DNA from: Chiloscyllium plagiosum
Taxonomy: Eukaryota
Assembly: GCF_004010195.1 (NCBI RefSeq)
Contig: NC_057719.1
Coordinates: forward strand, 28,402,747 to 28,428,665
DNA length: 25,919 nucleotides
Direction: 5' to 3'
The stretch's first letter is position 1, and each line of letters starts with the position of its first letter. A model generated the notes under the pieces. It did no database searches and was not told where the DNA came from. It saw nothing but the letters and a program-made list of their open reading frames with translations. Made by a program: the position numbers and the translations under genes. Below, piece by piece: positions 10,150 to 20,469 of the stretch.

Positions 10150-11730
10150 GTGAGGTACTCGCTAGTTTGTGACACTGAAGGCCATCATGACCATTTAATC
10201 ACCAAGGTGGATGTATCTGCACTGGGGAAAGAGATAGAGGAAAGATGTATAACTGCATCCTCTGAAGCAGGACATCAGAGGTGGATGGCTCCTGTCAAGA
10301 TAGCAACCTATCCCTTCAAAGTGCAGGTATCAACACAAGAACACAAGCAATTCGGTGTTCGATCTTCCCACTCAGTGCTGCCATCCAAAACACACCTTCA
10401 TCTGTATTCCCCCGACCCGGTGCCTGATATGGCTTTCCCCTACAGGCAGAGGACAGAGTTCTGCCAAAACTCAGCTAAGTGCCAATTTTAGGGCATTCCA
10501 TGGAGGGTTTCTCTCTTGAGCTCTAGTGAGTTGGCTGTGTGCACCACATATTGCCAATGTTGCTCTGGTGCCATTTTGTGCTCACCACCAGTGTCAGTGC
10601 CTACTACATACTGATTGCATCCCCCTACTACGGTCGATTTAAAGCTCAGCTGTGCACCAGGTCAAATGCTGTCACTCAGGTTCTGCCATTTACAGAAGCT
10701 GAGTGGGACCAATTGCCCCAGAAGTGGCTGACAGAGGCAAGTTGGCACCCCAATTTGCTGACTTGGAGGCTCTAGTAGACAGACTGGTAGACAGAAGGCT
10801 GTCTTCTTCCCTCCAGACTTCCAGATAAATGATGTCAGCTGGATCAGTCAATGATCTAGAGGAGCACCCAGGTGTGCAGCAAGAATGTTAATGACCTTCT
10901 ACCCACCTCGAGGGTAAGTGCCAGCTGCCTCACATTCGTTCTACCTGTACTATTGCACCCACCTCCCATCAAAGCTCACAGTCAACCACTCTCACTACTG
11001 TATGCAACATCTTTCCTCAATAGCTCTCACTCATGTCCTGCCCCAGGCCACTAAGGAAGTACTAAGGCCTCTGCCAATCACCCACATGCAGTCATTTGTC
11101 TATTGTCTATTGTCATTGCTCATGCATCTGCTGGTGGTGGTAGTGCAGAGAAAGTCGTTATTTCTTCCATTACCTAGTTGTGCTGCTAGACCCCATGACT
11201 ACTCATCTCCATTCAGGCTTCCCTAGTTGAGCAGTAGGCTCTCTTCTCCTGTTGGTTGGAACAAAGTGTCATTGCATTCCTGGGGTGCCTAGAGGAGAAT
11301 GTGCAGGGAGCATCACTGAACCATGGTGCTATCCTGAATCTAGCCTGTGCTATTCCCCTGTTATCAGCCCTTTGTTTCACTTCCCTCACTAAAGGCTGCA
11401 GATCAGATGTGTTCAACGATGGGACCAGATGTTCTGTTCAATTTTTTCAGGCTTGGTGTGAGCCTCTCTTGTCATTAATTAAATTTCAGTGACAGTGGAT
11501 CGTGGCCCATAGCAAGGCAGTAAACATCCACTTAAGGGTCTGAAGTGATGCATTGGTGTGCAACAAGACACAACAGAGAAGGCCTGCAGCACCAATCATG
11601 ATAGGAATGGCTCTACCAGTGGCACTAATAGTTGGGACTTCTCTTCTTCCTAGTCTGCCTCCTTTTGAGCATTCTGCGATAATGTACAACTGGGAAGGTA
11701 CCCTGGAGTGGAAAGCAGGGCTACCTGTCG
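10150..11730. mobile_element. Degenerate PIF/Harbinger DNA transposon remnants
   Basis: Myb/SANT-like exon on + at 10724-10913 (LAPQFADLEALVD...CSKNVNDLLPTSR|gtaagt). A second lies on - at about 11140-11331 (APWFSDA...EKRAYCSTREA*ME.SSHGV). A transposase-like GMALPVAL occurs at about 11605-11630. Confidence 0.65.
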
Positions 11731-11737
11731 CCTTACT

Positions 11738-11852
11738 AAAATAAAATAAAGATGCTGTGGATCTGAAACAAAAATAAAAATTGCTGCTGAGGTTTGGCAA
11801 TATCTGTGGGGAGAAAGCAGAGTTAACATTTCAAGTCCAGTGACTCTTCCAA
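11738..11852 (-). mobile_element. Penelope terminal-repeat-derived fragment
   Basis: agatgctgtggatctgaaacaaaaa...gagaaagcagagttaacatttcaagtccagtgactcttc, related to the 13700 and 23780 copies. Confidence 0.7.
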
Positions 11853-12274
11853 CTCAATTTCTGTCCCATTACTACTTCATTCAGTACCATCTCTACCACA
11901 GATGTCCACCAAACAGGAGTTGGAATGTTGTCTTGTTTAGCCAGAGATCCAATTTCCTACCTCCAAATGATACTGTATCAAAAAAACCCTCTATTTGGGA
12001 AGGATGGATACTAGACTTGTTTGTGAGAGTGGGGTGAGGGTGAGCCGATAGAAATGGATTTAATGCATGAAAGGTTGCTGTGAGATTTGCATGGTCAATA
12101 ATCTTTCTTCAGTTGCTTGGCACGCAGTGAATTATGACAAGAAACCTGGACCCCCAGCAATACCATGAAGAATCTGTCCAATAGACAGACTCATACAGGG
12201 AATTGATCCTTATTGCCATTTTGAAACAGTTTGGTGCATTCTCTGACAAAACGAATGAATAGAATTTACTTTAC

Positions 12275-12721
12275 CCATGCCAGCTGGAAAATGCCTTCGA
12301 AATATTCAAGTTATCTTTCCCCTCAAGTTTTGTGAACTGCAGACCAGGTAGCTGAACTAACAAGAGTTTGTCATGGAATAGATCCCCTTGGGCCCAATAC
12401 ATTGACAATGAAGCCATCTAAATTACTATGATTAGTCTGAAGCTGTGAAACTGCTGCCATAATCTGATAATGAATATCCCTAATTCCTCTCATTGACAAG
12501 CTTCTTGATTATGCACAACGGACAAGGCACTGGGCTGTGAATGTCTTCCCCAAACTGATGATCAATCTGACTCTTCCACAAAAAGCAATTTGATGAGGCG
12601 TAACCCCGTTATTAGCATAACTCCCAGTGAATGATGTGACAGACCAGCTTTGTTTGTCAGTGTCAAAGAGGAATCTTCTACTTCTTTTAGAAAACTGAAG
12701 CATTTAAATGTTAACAATTTT
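12275..12721 (-). pseudogene. Exon remnant(s), RGS-like repeat
   Basis: Bounded cctcttag|AAA ... CATGG|gtaaag. Reads KIVNI*MLQF / KEV / RRF ... RVRLIISL ... QGDLFHDKLLLV across frameshifts. May hide an internal intron. Confidence 0.5.
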
Positions 12722-13165
12722 CTAAGAGGCAATTTTAAGTGCTGTTTTACTTTCACAGATGAATGTTGTCAGTTACTCACAAAATGTAAGGAGTAATTAT
12801 GCCACTGAGTGAGCATTTATTTAATGAGTGATTAATATTTCTTGTCAAGTTCTAAAATATAAGTTTTAATTCGAACGAACCTCACCATGAATTTGAAACT
12901 CTCCTCATACTTCTAGTTATAGAGATTGAAGTTTCAAATTAACTAATTTGCAAACATATGCAGTAAATTGGAAGGAAAGCAAGGCCTCTGATAGGAACAT
13001 TTAGCTGAAAGAAATCTCGGATGATAGCAAGTTTCAAGACTTCAAAATTATTATAGGTGAGACGGGAGGCATGATGGTCCATACAAAATAAGGAGAAATA
13101 ATGCATGTAGGGACAGTGGGTTGGCTATGTTGTCTTGTATTCCTGACTGACACTTGTTTCTTTAC

Positions 13166-13318
13166 GATAATGTAGATACAGATTTTAAACAGCAATGGGA
13201 GAATGAATTGTGTCAACAAATCCCATTTAAATGTTGGGCTGTCAAAGCGATTTGTAATCACACATGTTTAGACAAAACAGGCAATTAATATGCTAATAGA
13301 GCTATTTTCCTCAAAAGA
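13166..13318 (-). pseudogene. 153-nt exon remnant
   Basis: Bounded tatttacag|TCT...ATC|gtaaag, phase 0-0. Reads SFEENSSISILIACFV*TCVITNRFDSPTFKWDLLTQF with one stop. Confidence 0.45.
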
Positions 13319-13699
13319 CTGTAAATAATGGGCAATTTATGGTGAATGTCACAATGATTGATTGAATCTCATGGCCATTGTATTCGTATAGGTGGGGCAA
13401 ATTCTCTGGTCCCAGATGTTGGGAAAGGGATGTTTGGAAGACCTAACCTTCCGGCAATGAATAAAGTAATTAAAATAGCAGGGACAGAGATAGAGGTAGG
13501 TAATAAGGTCCAGCAAAGTTTGTAAAATTAATCCAGAAAACTGTTAAAGTGAGCGTTAGTCAGCTGCAGAGTATGATGCAGACAGTTAGTTCGGTGTTAT
13601 GTTTTTTAAATCAAGACAATGATATGCTAATATGGGGATGTACAATGGCCTCATTGTTTTGTGTAATCACATATAGCCAAGTGAGGTAACTTTGATAAA

Positions 13700-13843
13700 G
13701 ACAAAGATGCTGGAAATCTGAAATAAAAAGGGAAAATGCTGGAGAACCTGTGGAGGAATCATATCAGATTCAAAATGTTAATTGTTTCTCTCTCCATGGA
13801 TGCTACCAGACCTGCTGAGTTTCTCCAGTAATTTATTTTTCTC
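13700..13843. mobile_element. Penelope-derived inverted terminal-repeat fragment
   Basis: gatgctggaaatctgaaataaaaa..aaatgctggagaa ... gatgctaccagacctgctgagtttctccagtaattt; the two ends are partly self-complementary. Confidence 0.75.
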
Positions 13844-13844
13844 T

Positions 13845-13972
13845 GAGGCAAATTTGATTTTGTGCAATATTGGAAACAGCTGCTAGCCAGTGGCTTCTAC
13901 AGTTTAAGATTTAGTTTTTCTTTGACTTCACTAGAGTGTAAATACTCTGTTCACTTGTTGACTGTTCACTTT
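13845..13972 (-). pseudogene. Exon remnant interrupted by a Penelope-derived insert
   Basis: Acceptor ttttatttctcag at 13974-13973. Reads SEQSTSEQSIYTLVKSKKN*ILNCRSHWLAAVSNIAQNQICL, then runs into the repeat at about 13843. Confidence 0.45.
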
Positions 13973-14054
13973 CTGAGAAATAAAATAACAATACAACTTG
14001 AATCACTATCCTTCCTGAAAGGAAACCTATCTTACCTAATGATTCCTTGGCAAA

Positions 14055-15162
14055 TAAGTTATCCGGCAAGAACTCCATTCCATTCTCCCAATTCCTCCAC
14101 CTCCACCACATCTGCTCGGATGAGGACATTCCACTCACCAGAATCCCAGATGTCCACCTATTTCGAACAACATGCCTTTACCCCCTTTGTCATCCAGATA
14201 GCCCTCCACTGCATCACTTCCATTCCCAGTTCCACTACTCTAAACCCCCACCTCCAAACACAATAAAAACAGAGTCCCCTTTGTCCTCACCTACCACCCT
14301 ACCTGTCTCTGCATCCAACATATCATCCTTAAACACTTCTGCCAACTTCAACTAGACCCTACCACTAAGAACATCTTCTCCCACCACTCTCTGCCTTCTA
14401 CAAGGACCATTCCCTTTGACAGTCCTTAGTTTACGCCACTCTCCCCTCCAACTCCCCGAACCGCCAGGTACCTTTCCCTGCAACCAGAAGAGATTCAAAA
14501 CCGGCCAGTACACCACCTCCCTCACCTCCATCCAGGGCCCCAAACAGTTCTTCCAGGTGAGAAGGAGGTTCACCTGTCTCTCCTCCAATCTAGTTTATTG
14601 AATCAGGTGCTGTCGATGTGGTCTTCTCTACATCGGGTAGACCAAACCTAAACTTAGGGAATGGTTCACCGAGCATCACAGCCAGGCCCACAGGGGCTGA
14701 CTGAATCTCCCAGTTACCGCTCATTTTAAATCCCCCTACCCCTTCCCTTACCGACATGACCATCCTCGGCCTCCTCCATTACCACAATGAACCGAACCAC
14801 AAATTGGAGGAACAACACCTCAACTTCCACCTGGGCAGCCTACAGTCCAGAGGGCTGAACACTGAGTTCTCCAAATTCAACCTCCCTTCCCTTCCCCAAC
14901 CTCCTCCCCAACCCCTCCCCCTCCCTTCCACTCCTCCCAGCCACCTACCGGATTCATTCCTCCCACTGACCAATCACATTGAACCGGCTGCCTGTCTTCA
15001 CCTATCCCCACTTCACCACCTTACTCCCACCACCCCCTTTATCTGCAGCTCCCCTTACACCCACCTTGCAGTCCTGAAGAAGGGTTACACCCGAAACATT
15101 GACTTCTCCACCTCCTGATGCTGCCTGGCTTGCTGTGTTCTTCCAGCCTCCTGCTTGTCTGG
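14055..15162 (+). mobile_element. Penelope-like retroelement, 3' part (post-RT region, GIY-YIG, terminal repeat)
   Basis: KNSIPFSQFLHLHHICSDE...CCRCGLLYIG*TK...MTILGLLHYHNEPNHKLEEQHLNFHLGSLQSRGLNTEFSKF; frameshifted. Confidence 0.95.
15070..15104 (+). ncRNA. Minimal hammerhead ribozyme motif of Penelope repeat (degenerate)
   Basis: agtc-CTGAAGA-A-GGGT tac ACCC-GAAA-C-ATT-gact. Stem I is agtc/gact; the stem III palindrome is mutated. Confidence 0.6.
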
Positions 15163-15164
15163 AG

Positions 15165-15280
15165 CAGAATTACAGGAGCAGAATCAAGCCATTTGGCCCA
15201 TTGAGTCTGCTCTGCTACTCGATCATGGCTGATATGTTTCTCAACCCCATTCTCTGGCCTTCTCCCTGTAGATCCTTGAA
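15165..15280 (-). mobile_element. CR1 3'UTR fragment
   Basis: ggagcagaatcaagccatttggcccattgagtctgctctgc...gatcatggctgat. Confidence 0.8.
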
Positions 15281-15384
15281 GAAACACATTCACTAATAAT
15301 ACAATATTCAAATCAAATCACGAGCAGGTCCAATTGGCTTCTGAGGAGTTTCTGTTCCCTTCCTCCAGTGCCCTTACTCCTACC

Positions 15385-15615
15385 TAAAACATGTTATAAT
15401 TCCTGCATGTGGCAAGATCTCAGAAAAAAATCTGGTAGATTGTGACTTACTGCCAAACAATATGAATGACCCTGTTTGTTGTAAGAACAACTCGTTCACA
15501 ACTATCCTTCCTGGAGAGAAACCTATCCTCCTATCTACCTGGCTTACCTATTACTATGGTCCTACATTATTTTGGTTACTTATTGCCTTTAGGATAACTA
15601 AGGATGGGTCATATG
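15385..15615 (+). mobile_element. Highly degraded copy of the tRNA-SINE seen at 3925-4237
   Basis: aaaaaatctgg...tgttgtaagaacaactcgttcac...ggagagaaacct...tggttacttattgcc...aactaaggatggg is collinear with that family. Confidence 0.5.
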
Positions 15616-15665
15616 GTTGTCACCTTATCCCAAGAGCAAAAACATTCAAACAAATAAAAATAAAC

Positions 15666-15901
15666 CATTCCAATTTGATTAAAAATTCCAGCTATCTTCT
15701 CTATGTGATGAACTTGTGCTTTGAAGTTTAAGTATTGTGCCATGGCTTTCAGGTGCAGGAATATTCCAAATAAAGGATATTCCATAAAAGCAGAGGTTAG
15801 AAAATCCCGCACAGCACTGAACTCAAGATGAAACAAGAGGCCTATGACCCAAAATGCAGATTTACTCATTGTCAATTAGGATCAGCTCTTATTAAGTATG
15901 A
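15666..15901 (-). pseudogene. Exon remnant, RGS-like repeat (best RGSL1-like match)
   Basis: Acceptor tttccttttag at 15903-15902. Reads LLFHLEFSAVRDFLTSAFMEYPLFGIFLHLKAMAQYLNFKAQVHHIEKIAGIFNQ, resembling the recalled RGSL1 pattern HLEF..EFL......PL.F.....N.K.....IE....F.Q. Confidence 0.65.
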
Positions 15902-16268
15902 CTAAAAGGAAATGTTTAACATTGCTTACACCATACCAGGCAGGAGTTATAAAACAGTGTTGAATTAACCAATCAGTATGGATCAATATAGATCACTGGA
16001 GCTTTTAGTAGTTTATAAAATAAAAGTTTTACAGGAAAAACAGACATTATCAAACATTTAGTGTTCTCAGTTTTATTCTCTGACACTTTTTCACAGTTTG
16101 AAAATGTAAGGAGATTTATTTCATTTGACCTTTCATTTAGTCTCACTGAGTCAATGCAGTTACACATTCACATGCGCAATTATAATCAATAAGGCAGATA
16201 CATAGGATAATAAAAGTGCCAATAAATGCAAGAATAAATCAATAACAAGCATAATGGCCACATCCTAC

Positions 16269-16527
16269 CTACTGCATTTTTTGGAATGGATCACGTTGCA
16301 TTGCCAAAAGTCACTCTGAATTAGATGTCCTTTTCTTAGCTCTCTTATGTTATGATCAATTATTTATCAACAAAAATGATAGATATGTTCTCTTCAATAC
16401 ATTTAAGTAGTTTTACAATTTCCAATAATTCACTCTCTTTGCTGATAATTAGGATGGAACATGACTGAATTTTGTTGTACTATTTATAAAATTGCAAATT
16501 TACAACAAGGGTTTTGAAAACTTGGGT
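16269..16527 (-). pseudogene. Exon remnant, RGS-like repeat
   Basis: Bounded tatgcag|ACC...GTAG|gtagga. Reads TLVVNLQFYK*YNKIQS...ELLEIVKLLKC, then after a frameshift IIDHNIRELRKGHLIQSDF. Confidence 0.55.
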
Positions 16528-16590
16528 CTGCATAGAATACATGACAGGAAAACAGGCCACATTGTCCAACTTGCCCATGCTGTGCCAATG

Positions 16591-16773
16591 GCGAAAGTGA
16601 GGACTGCAGATCAGAGTCAAGATTAGAGTGGTGCTGGAAAAGCACAACAGGTCAGGCAGCATCCAAGGAGCAGGAAAATCGATGTTTCGGGCAAAAGCCC
16701 TGCTGAAGTCGATTTTCCTGCTCCTCGGATGCTGCCTGACCTGCTGTGCTTTTCCAGCGCCACTCTAATCTAC
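16591..16773. mobile_element. Penelope inverted terminal-repeat mini-insertion with 12-bp TSD
   Basis: Arms 16621-16682 and 16709-16770 are reverse complements with 3 mismatches. TSD GCTGTGCCAATG at 16579-16590 and 16774-16785. Confidence 0.93.
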
Positions 16774-16834
16774 GCTGTGCCAATGTTCCACTCTAGTCCC
16801 TTCCTATTTACTTTCGTCCACCTCTATCATACAA

Positions 16835-17133
16835 ACAGTGACTCAGTGGTTAGCACTGCTGCCTCACAGCACTAGACACCCAGGTTTAATTCCCACCTCA
16901 GGCAACTGTCTGTGTGGAGCTTGCACATTCTCTCCGTGTCTGCGTGGGTTTCCTCCGGGTGCTCCGGTTTCCTCCCACAGTCCAAAAATGTGCAGGTTAG
17001 GTGAATTGGCCATGCTAAATTGCCTGTAGTGTTAGGTGAAGGGGTAAATGTAGGGGAATGGGTCTCTTCGGAGGGTCGGTGTGAATTTGTTGGCCGAAGG
17101 GCCTGTTTACACACTGTAAGTAATCTAATCTAA
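16835..17133 (+). mobile_element. HE1 / V-SINE
   Basis: tRNA-like head (ctcagtggttagcactgctgcctcacagc), V core (gtgggtttcctccgggtgctccggtttcctcccacagtccaaa), CR1-type tail and (TAATC)n. Confidence 0.96.
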
Positions 17134-17915
17134 CATGAATAACGAACAAGTGAAGGCCATTTGGTCCTTCGGAGCCTGCTCCGCCATTCAATAAGATCAT
17201 GGCAGATCTAATTTTAATCTGAACTCTACATTGCTGTGTACCCTCAGTAATCTTTCAGCCCTTTGGTAATCAAGAATCTACTTACCTTAGAAATATTTAA
17301 AGATTCTGCATCTAGTGCTTTCGAGGAAGGGAATCCCAAAGATTCACAACCGTCTGAAAGATTAGATTAGATTACTTACAGTATGGAAACAGCCCCTTCG
17401 GCCCAACAAGTCCACACCGCCCCGCCGAAGCGTAACCCACCCAAACCCCTACATTTACCCCTTACCTAACACTATGGACAATTTAGCATGGCCAATTCAC
17501 CTGACCTGCACATCTTTGGACTGTGGGAGGAAACCGGAGCACCCGGAGGAAACCCACGCACACACGGGGAGAACGTGCAAACTCCACACAGTCAGTCGCC
17601 TGAGGCGGGAATTGAACCCGGGTCTCTGGCGCTGTGAGGCAACAGTGCTAACCACTGTGCCACCGTGCCGCCACGAATAAAAAAATTCCCTCATCTCTGT
17701 TTTAAATTCCTTATTTTTAACCTATGACCCTTTGTTCTAGTTTCCTCACAAGAGGGAGCATTGTATAAAAATTCATCCAGTCCAGATCCCTCAGGACCTT
17801 ATACATCTCTTCTAAACTCCAGAGGGTACAGGACTAGCATGTCTATTCTTCCCTTATAAGGCAATCTACTCATTGTAGGTATCTAGTAAACATTTTCTGA
17901 ACTGCTTCCAATGCA
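17134..17915 (-). mobile_element. CR1 3' end, split by an HE1 insertion
   Basis: 3'UTR ggagcctgctccgccattcaataagatcatggc. The ORF2 remnant continues after 17675 to VNALEAVQKMFTR. Confidence 0.85.
17359..17672 (-). mobile_element. HE1 / V-SINE, near full length, young
   Basis: Minus strand begins GGCGGCACGGTGGCACAGTGGTTAGCAC, with B-box GGTTCAATTCC, V core and (TAATC)n tail; CpGs are retained. Confidence 0.97.
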
Positions 17916-17934
17916 TTAACATCCCACACCCATT

Positions 17935-18190
17935 TCATCATTTGTATCATTACACCCATATCATATACCCATTTGTTCCCTTCTCCCTCAAAATGCTTGA
18001 TTAGCTTTTGGTTTAGTGTATCTACACTATTCTCTTCAATCGCTCTTTGTGGCCAGGAGGTCCACATTCTTTTCATTTGTTGTTTGAAAACGTTCTGTTT
18101 GAATTCCATTTTGGAATTCATGGTGACTATATTCATGTTCTAGTTACATGCTACCCTGCAAGAAGAACCATTCTTTTTATATCCTCTCTC
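17935..18190 (-). mobile_element. Degraded CR1-like fragment
   Basis: FKQQMKRMWTSWPQRAIEENSVDTLNQKLIKHF resembles the CR1 ORF2 end (RMWN.LP...+E..S+..FK..LD). Confidence 0.6.
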
Positions 18191-18204
18191 CTATATCTTC
18201 TATA

Positions 18205-18614
18205 GCTAGCATCCAAGTTCAGCAGATAATAGGAAAGGCAAATAGAAAGTGGACTTTATTTCAAAGAAAATGGAGAATAGAAATAGGGAAGTTTTGCTAA
18301 AACTATACATGGCACTGGTCAGAACACAGCTGGAATACTGTGAACTGTTTTGGTTCCTTATCTAAGGAAATGTATTGGAAGCAGTTCCAGAGAATGTGCA
18401 CTAGGTTTATCCCCATTATAAAGGGATTTCTTTCTCACAAGCAGAAATTGAATAGGTTGGGCTTGTATTGGAAGGAGAACTTATTGAAATATACAAGATA
18501 CTTAGGAAGCTTGACAGGATAATGGTGGAACAAGTTGTTTCTTCTTTTGGGAGAGCCTAGGTTCATGAGGTTGGTATTTAGGCACACTCTGAAGTAAGAA
18601 CGTGAGAGGCATTT
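18205..18614 (+). mobile_element. CR1 ORF2 fragment
   Basis: QVQQIIGKANR...REVLLKLYMALVRTQLEYCELFW...LEAVPE; degraded. Confidence 0.88.
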
Positions 18615-19355
18615 CATAGAATCCCTATAGTATGCAAGCATTTGGCCCATCGAGTCACACTGACCCACCGAAGAGCATCCCACCCAGACCTAACTCCCTA
18701 CCCTATAAACCTGCATGTCCTCTGTTTAATCCACTTCACCTGCACATCCCTGGACACTATGGGGTAAATTGGCATGGTCAATCCACCTAACCTGCACATT
18801 TTTGGACACTGGGAGGAACAAAGAACAAAAACAAAGAACAAAGAACTTTACAGCGCATGAACAGGCCCTTCGGCCCCCCAAGCCTGCACCGATCCATATC
18901 CTCTACCTAAATCTGCTGCCTATTTCCTAAGGATCGAAGTATCCCTTTGTTCCCTGCCCATTCATGTATCTGTTTAGATACATCTTAAATGATGCTATCA
19001 TTCCTGCCCCACCCCCTCCGCAGGCAACGCATTCCAGGCACCAACCACCCTCTACGTAAAGAACTTTCCATGTATATCTCCCCTAAACTTTTCTCCTCTC
19101 ACTTTGAACTCATGAGCCCTAGTAATTGAGTCCTCCACTCTCTGGAAAAAAATTTCTTGCTATCCACCCCTCTCATGACTTTGTAGGCCTCAACCACCTT
19201 CCTTCCAGGAAACCAGAGCATCCAGAAGAACTCCACATAGACACAGGGAGAATATGCAAAATCAACACAGGGTGAGTTTGCCCGAGGGTGGAATCAAACC
19301 CAGGTCCTTGGCGCTGTGAGTCAGCAGTGCTAACCACTGAGCCACCGCGCTGCCC
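18615..19355 (-). mobile_element. HE1 / V-SINE split by a CR1 insertion
   Basis: Tail half 18615-18818 and head half 19207-19355 (ends gccaccgcgctgccc). AGGAA is duplicated at 18814-18818 and 19207-19211. Confidence 0.92.
18819..19206 (-). mobile_element. CR1 3' end with (AACAAAG)n tail nested in HE1
   Basis: aacaaagaacaaagaactttacagc...aacaggcccttcggccc...gcattccaggcaccaaccaccctc. Confidence 0.92.
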
Positions 19356-19764
19356 ACAAACAAGCAGCAGAAATTGGGATTATGGATTGGGTGGAAATTT
19401 AAAATTGAAAAGGAAGGAATTCTGGCCTTGATGCACCTTCAATTTAGGCTTTACTGCTTTAATAAAGACAAGACCGGTGTGGAATAGGGGTGATTGTCAA
19501 GAAACAAATCTAGTCACAGGAGTAATTTAAATATTTTTAATTAACAATTTAAAAAATTAAATATTACAATGAGGCTGTGAACTTCGTATTTAACCTTCAT
19601 TTCACATGTAACCCTACACAGCCAATTGGTTTGAACGTCAGGAAACACAGGAGGCAAAGAAAGGTGAGCAAGGCTCAGTGAGAGAAGCACACAGACAAAA
19701 GAAATGAAATAAAACTAGCAGGGAATAATGCAAGAGAAAGAAACAGAATGAAAGCAGCACACAG

Positions 19765-20001
19765 AAAAGATTGAACCCAGCCCACTGAAACAAGAGCACT
19801 GGAGAAACTGCTTTTGACACTTTGTGCAAAGCCAGAGGAGAAACTATATTCCACGCCTTGCTGGGAGGTCTCAGAGGAAAGTCTACTTCATACACAGATT
19901 AAACAGGTCAAATGTGACAAACCAAACCGGTTGGATTAGATAGACCAGCGCGAGGGAACATGTGTGACCAATATACATGACAAAGCAGAAAATACATCTT
20001 T
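19765..20001 (-). pseudogene. Exon remnant, RGS-like repeat C-half
   Basis: Acceptor ttccttcag at 20003-20002; phase 2 matches the previous exon. Reads KMYFLLCHVYWSHMF...HI*PV*SVYEVDFPLRPP...KVSKAVSPVLLFQWAGF, similar to the recalled RGS22 V..PLL.YWAP.F motif. Two in-frame stops; 3' end uncertain. Confidence 0.62.
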
Positions 20002-20308
20002 CTGAAGGAAGCAAATAATTTAATGCATGTATAATACATATGTCATATGTCCAAAAACATATTTGGCACACTTTGTCTGTCACTCTGAATAATAGCCAAT
20101 ATCATTGTATTCAGCCTAAAATCTATTATAACCTCAGCAAATTCATTACGTATGACTAGGTCATTACTTGCACATGATTGTCAGTTTTTCTCCATCTAAC
20201 CCTGACTTTTCAAAACATTTTAAGTTAATTACAAAAACTGATTATATCCAACTAGAATGAAATGTGAAAACGCTTTTAAAAATTACCCATTCAATTAGGA
20301 TAACTTAC

Positions 20309-20469
20309 ACTTTCTCTCTCATACTCAACTCTCTGAATAAGTGCACAACAATCTTAAGAGATTTGCATATTAACCGATTCTCTCCAAGAACGTACTTCTT
20401 CAAAGCTATCTTGAACCATTTAATCGACTCATCAATCAAGCAAGCCAGGGTTCTCATCTGCAGTCTGAC
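20309..20469 (-). pseudogene. 161-nt exon, RGS-like repeat N-half
   Basis: Bounded ttacag|GTC...AAAGT|gtaagt. Fully open in phase 0: VRLQMRTLACLIDESIKWFKIALKKYVLGENRLICKSLKIVVHLFRELSMREK. A strong upstream donor GAG|gtaagt sits at 20591/20590. Confidence 0.7.

Noticed and set aside
16835..16905. tRNA gene (also 17600-17672 and 19285-19355)
   Set aside because: These are tRNA-derived SINE heads fused to the V core.
19568..19613. Small exon VTCEMKVKYEVHSLI (tgtgtag...gtaata)
   Set aside because: Phase-plausible but the donor is weak and there is no motif support, so it is not listed as a feature.
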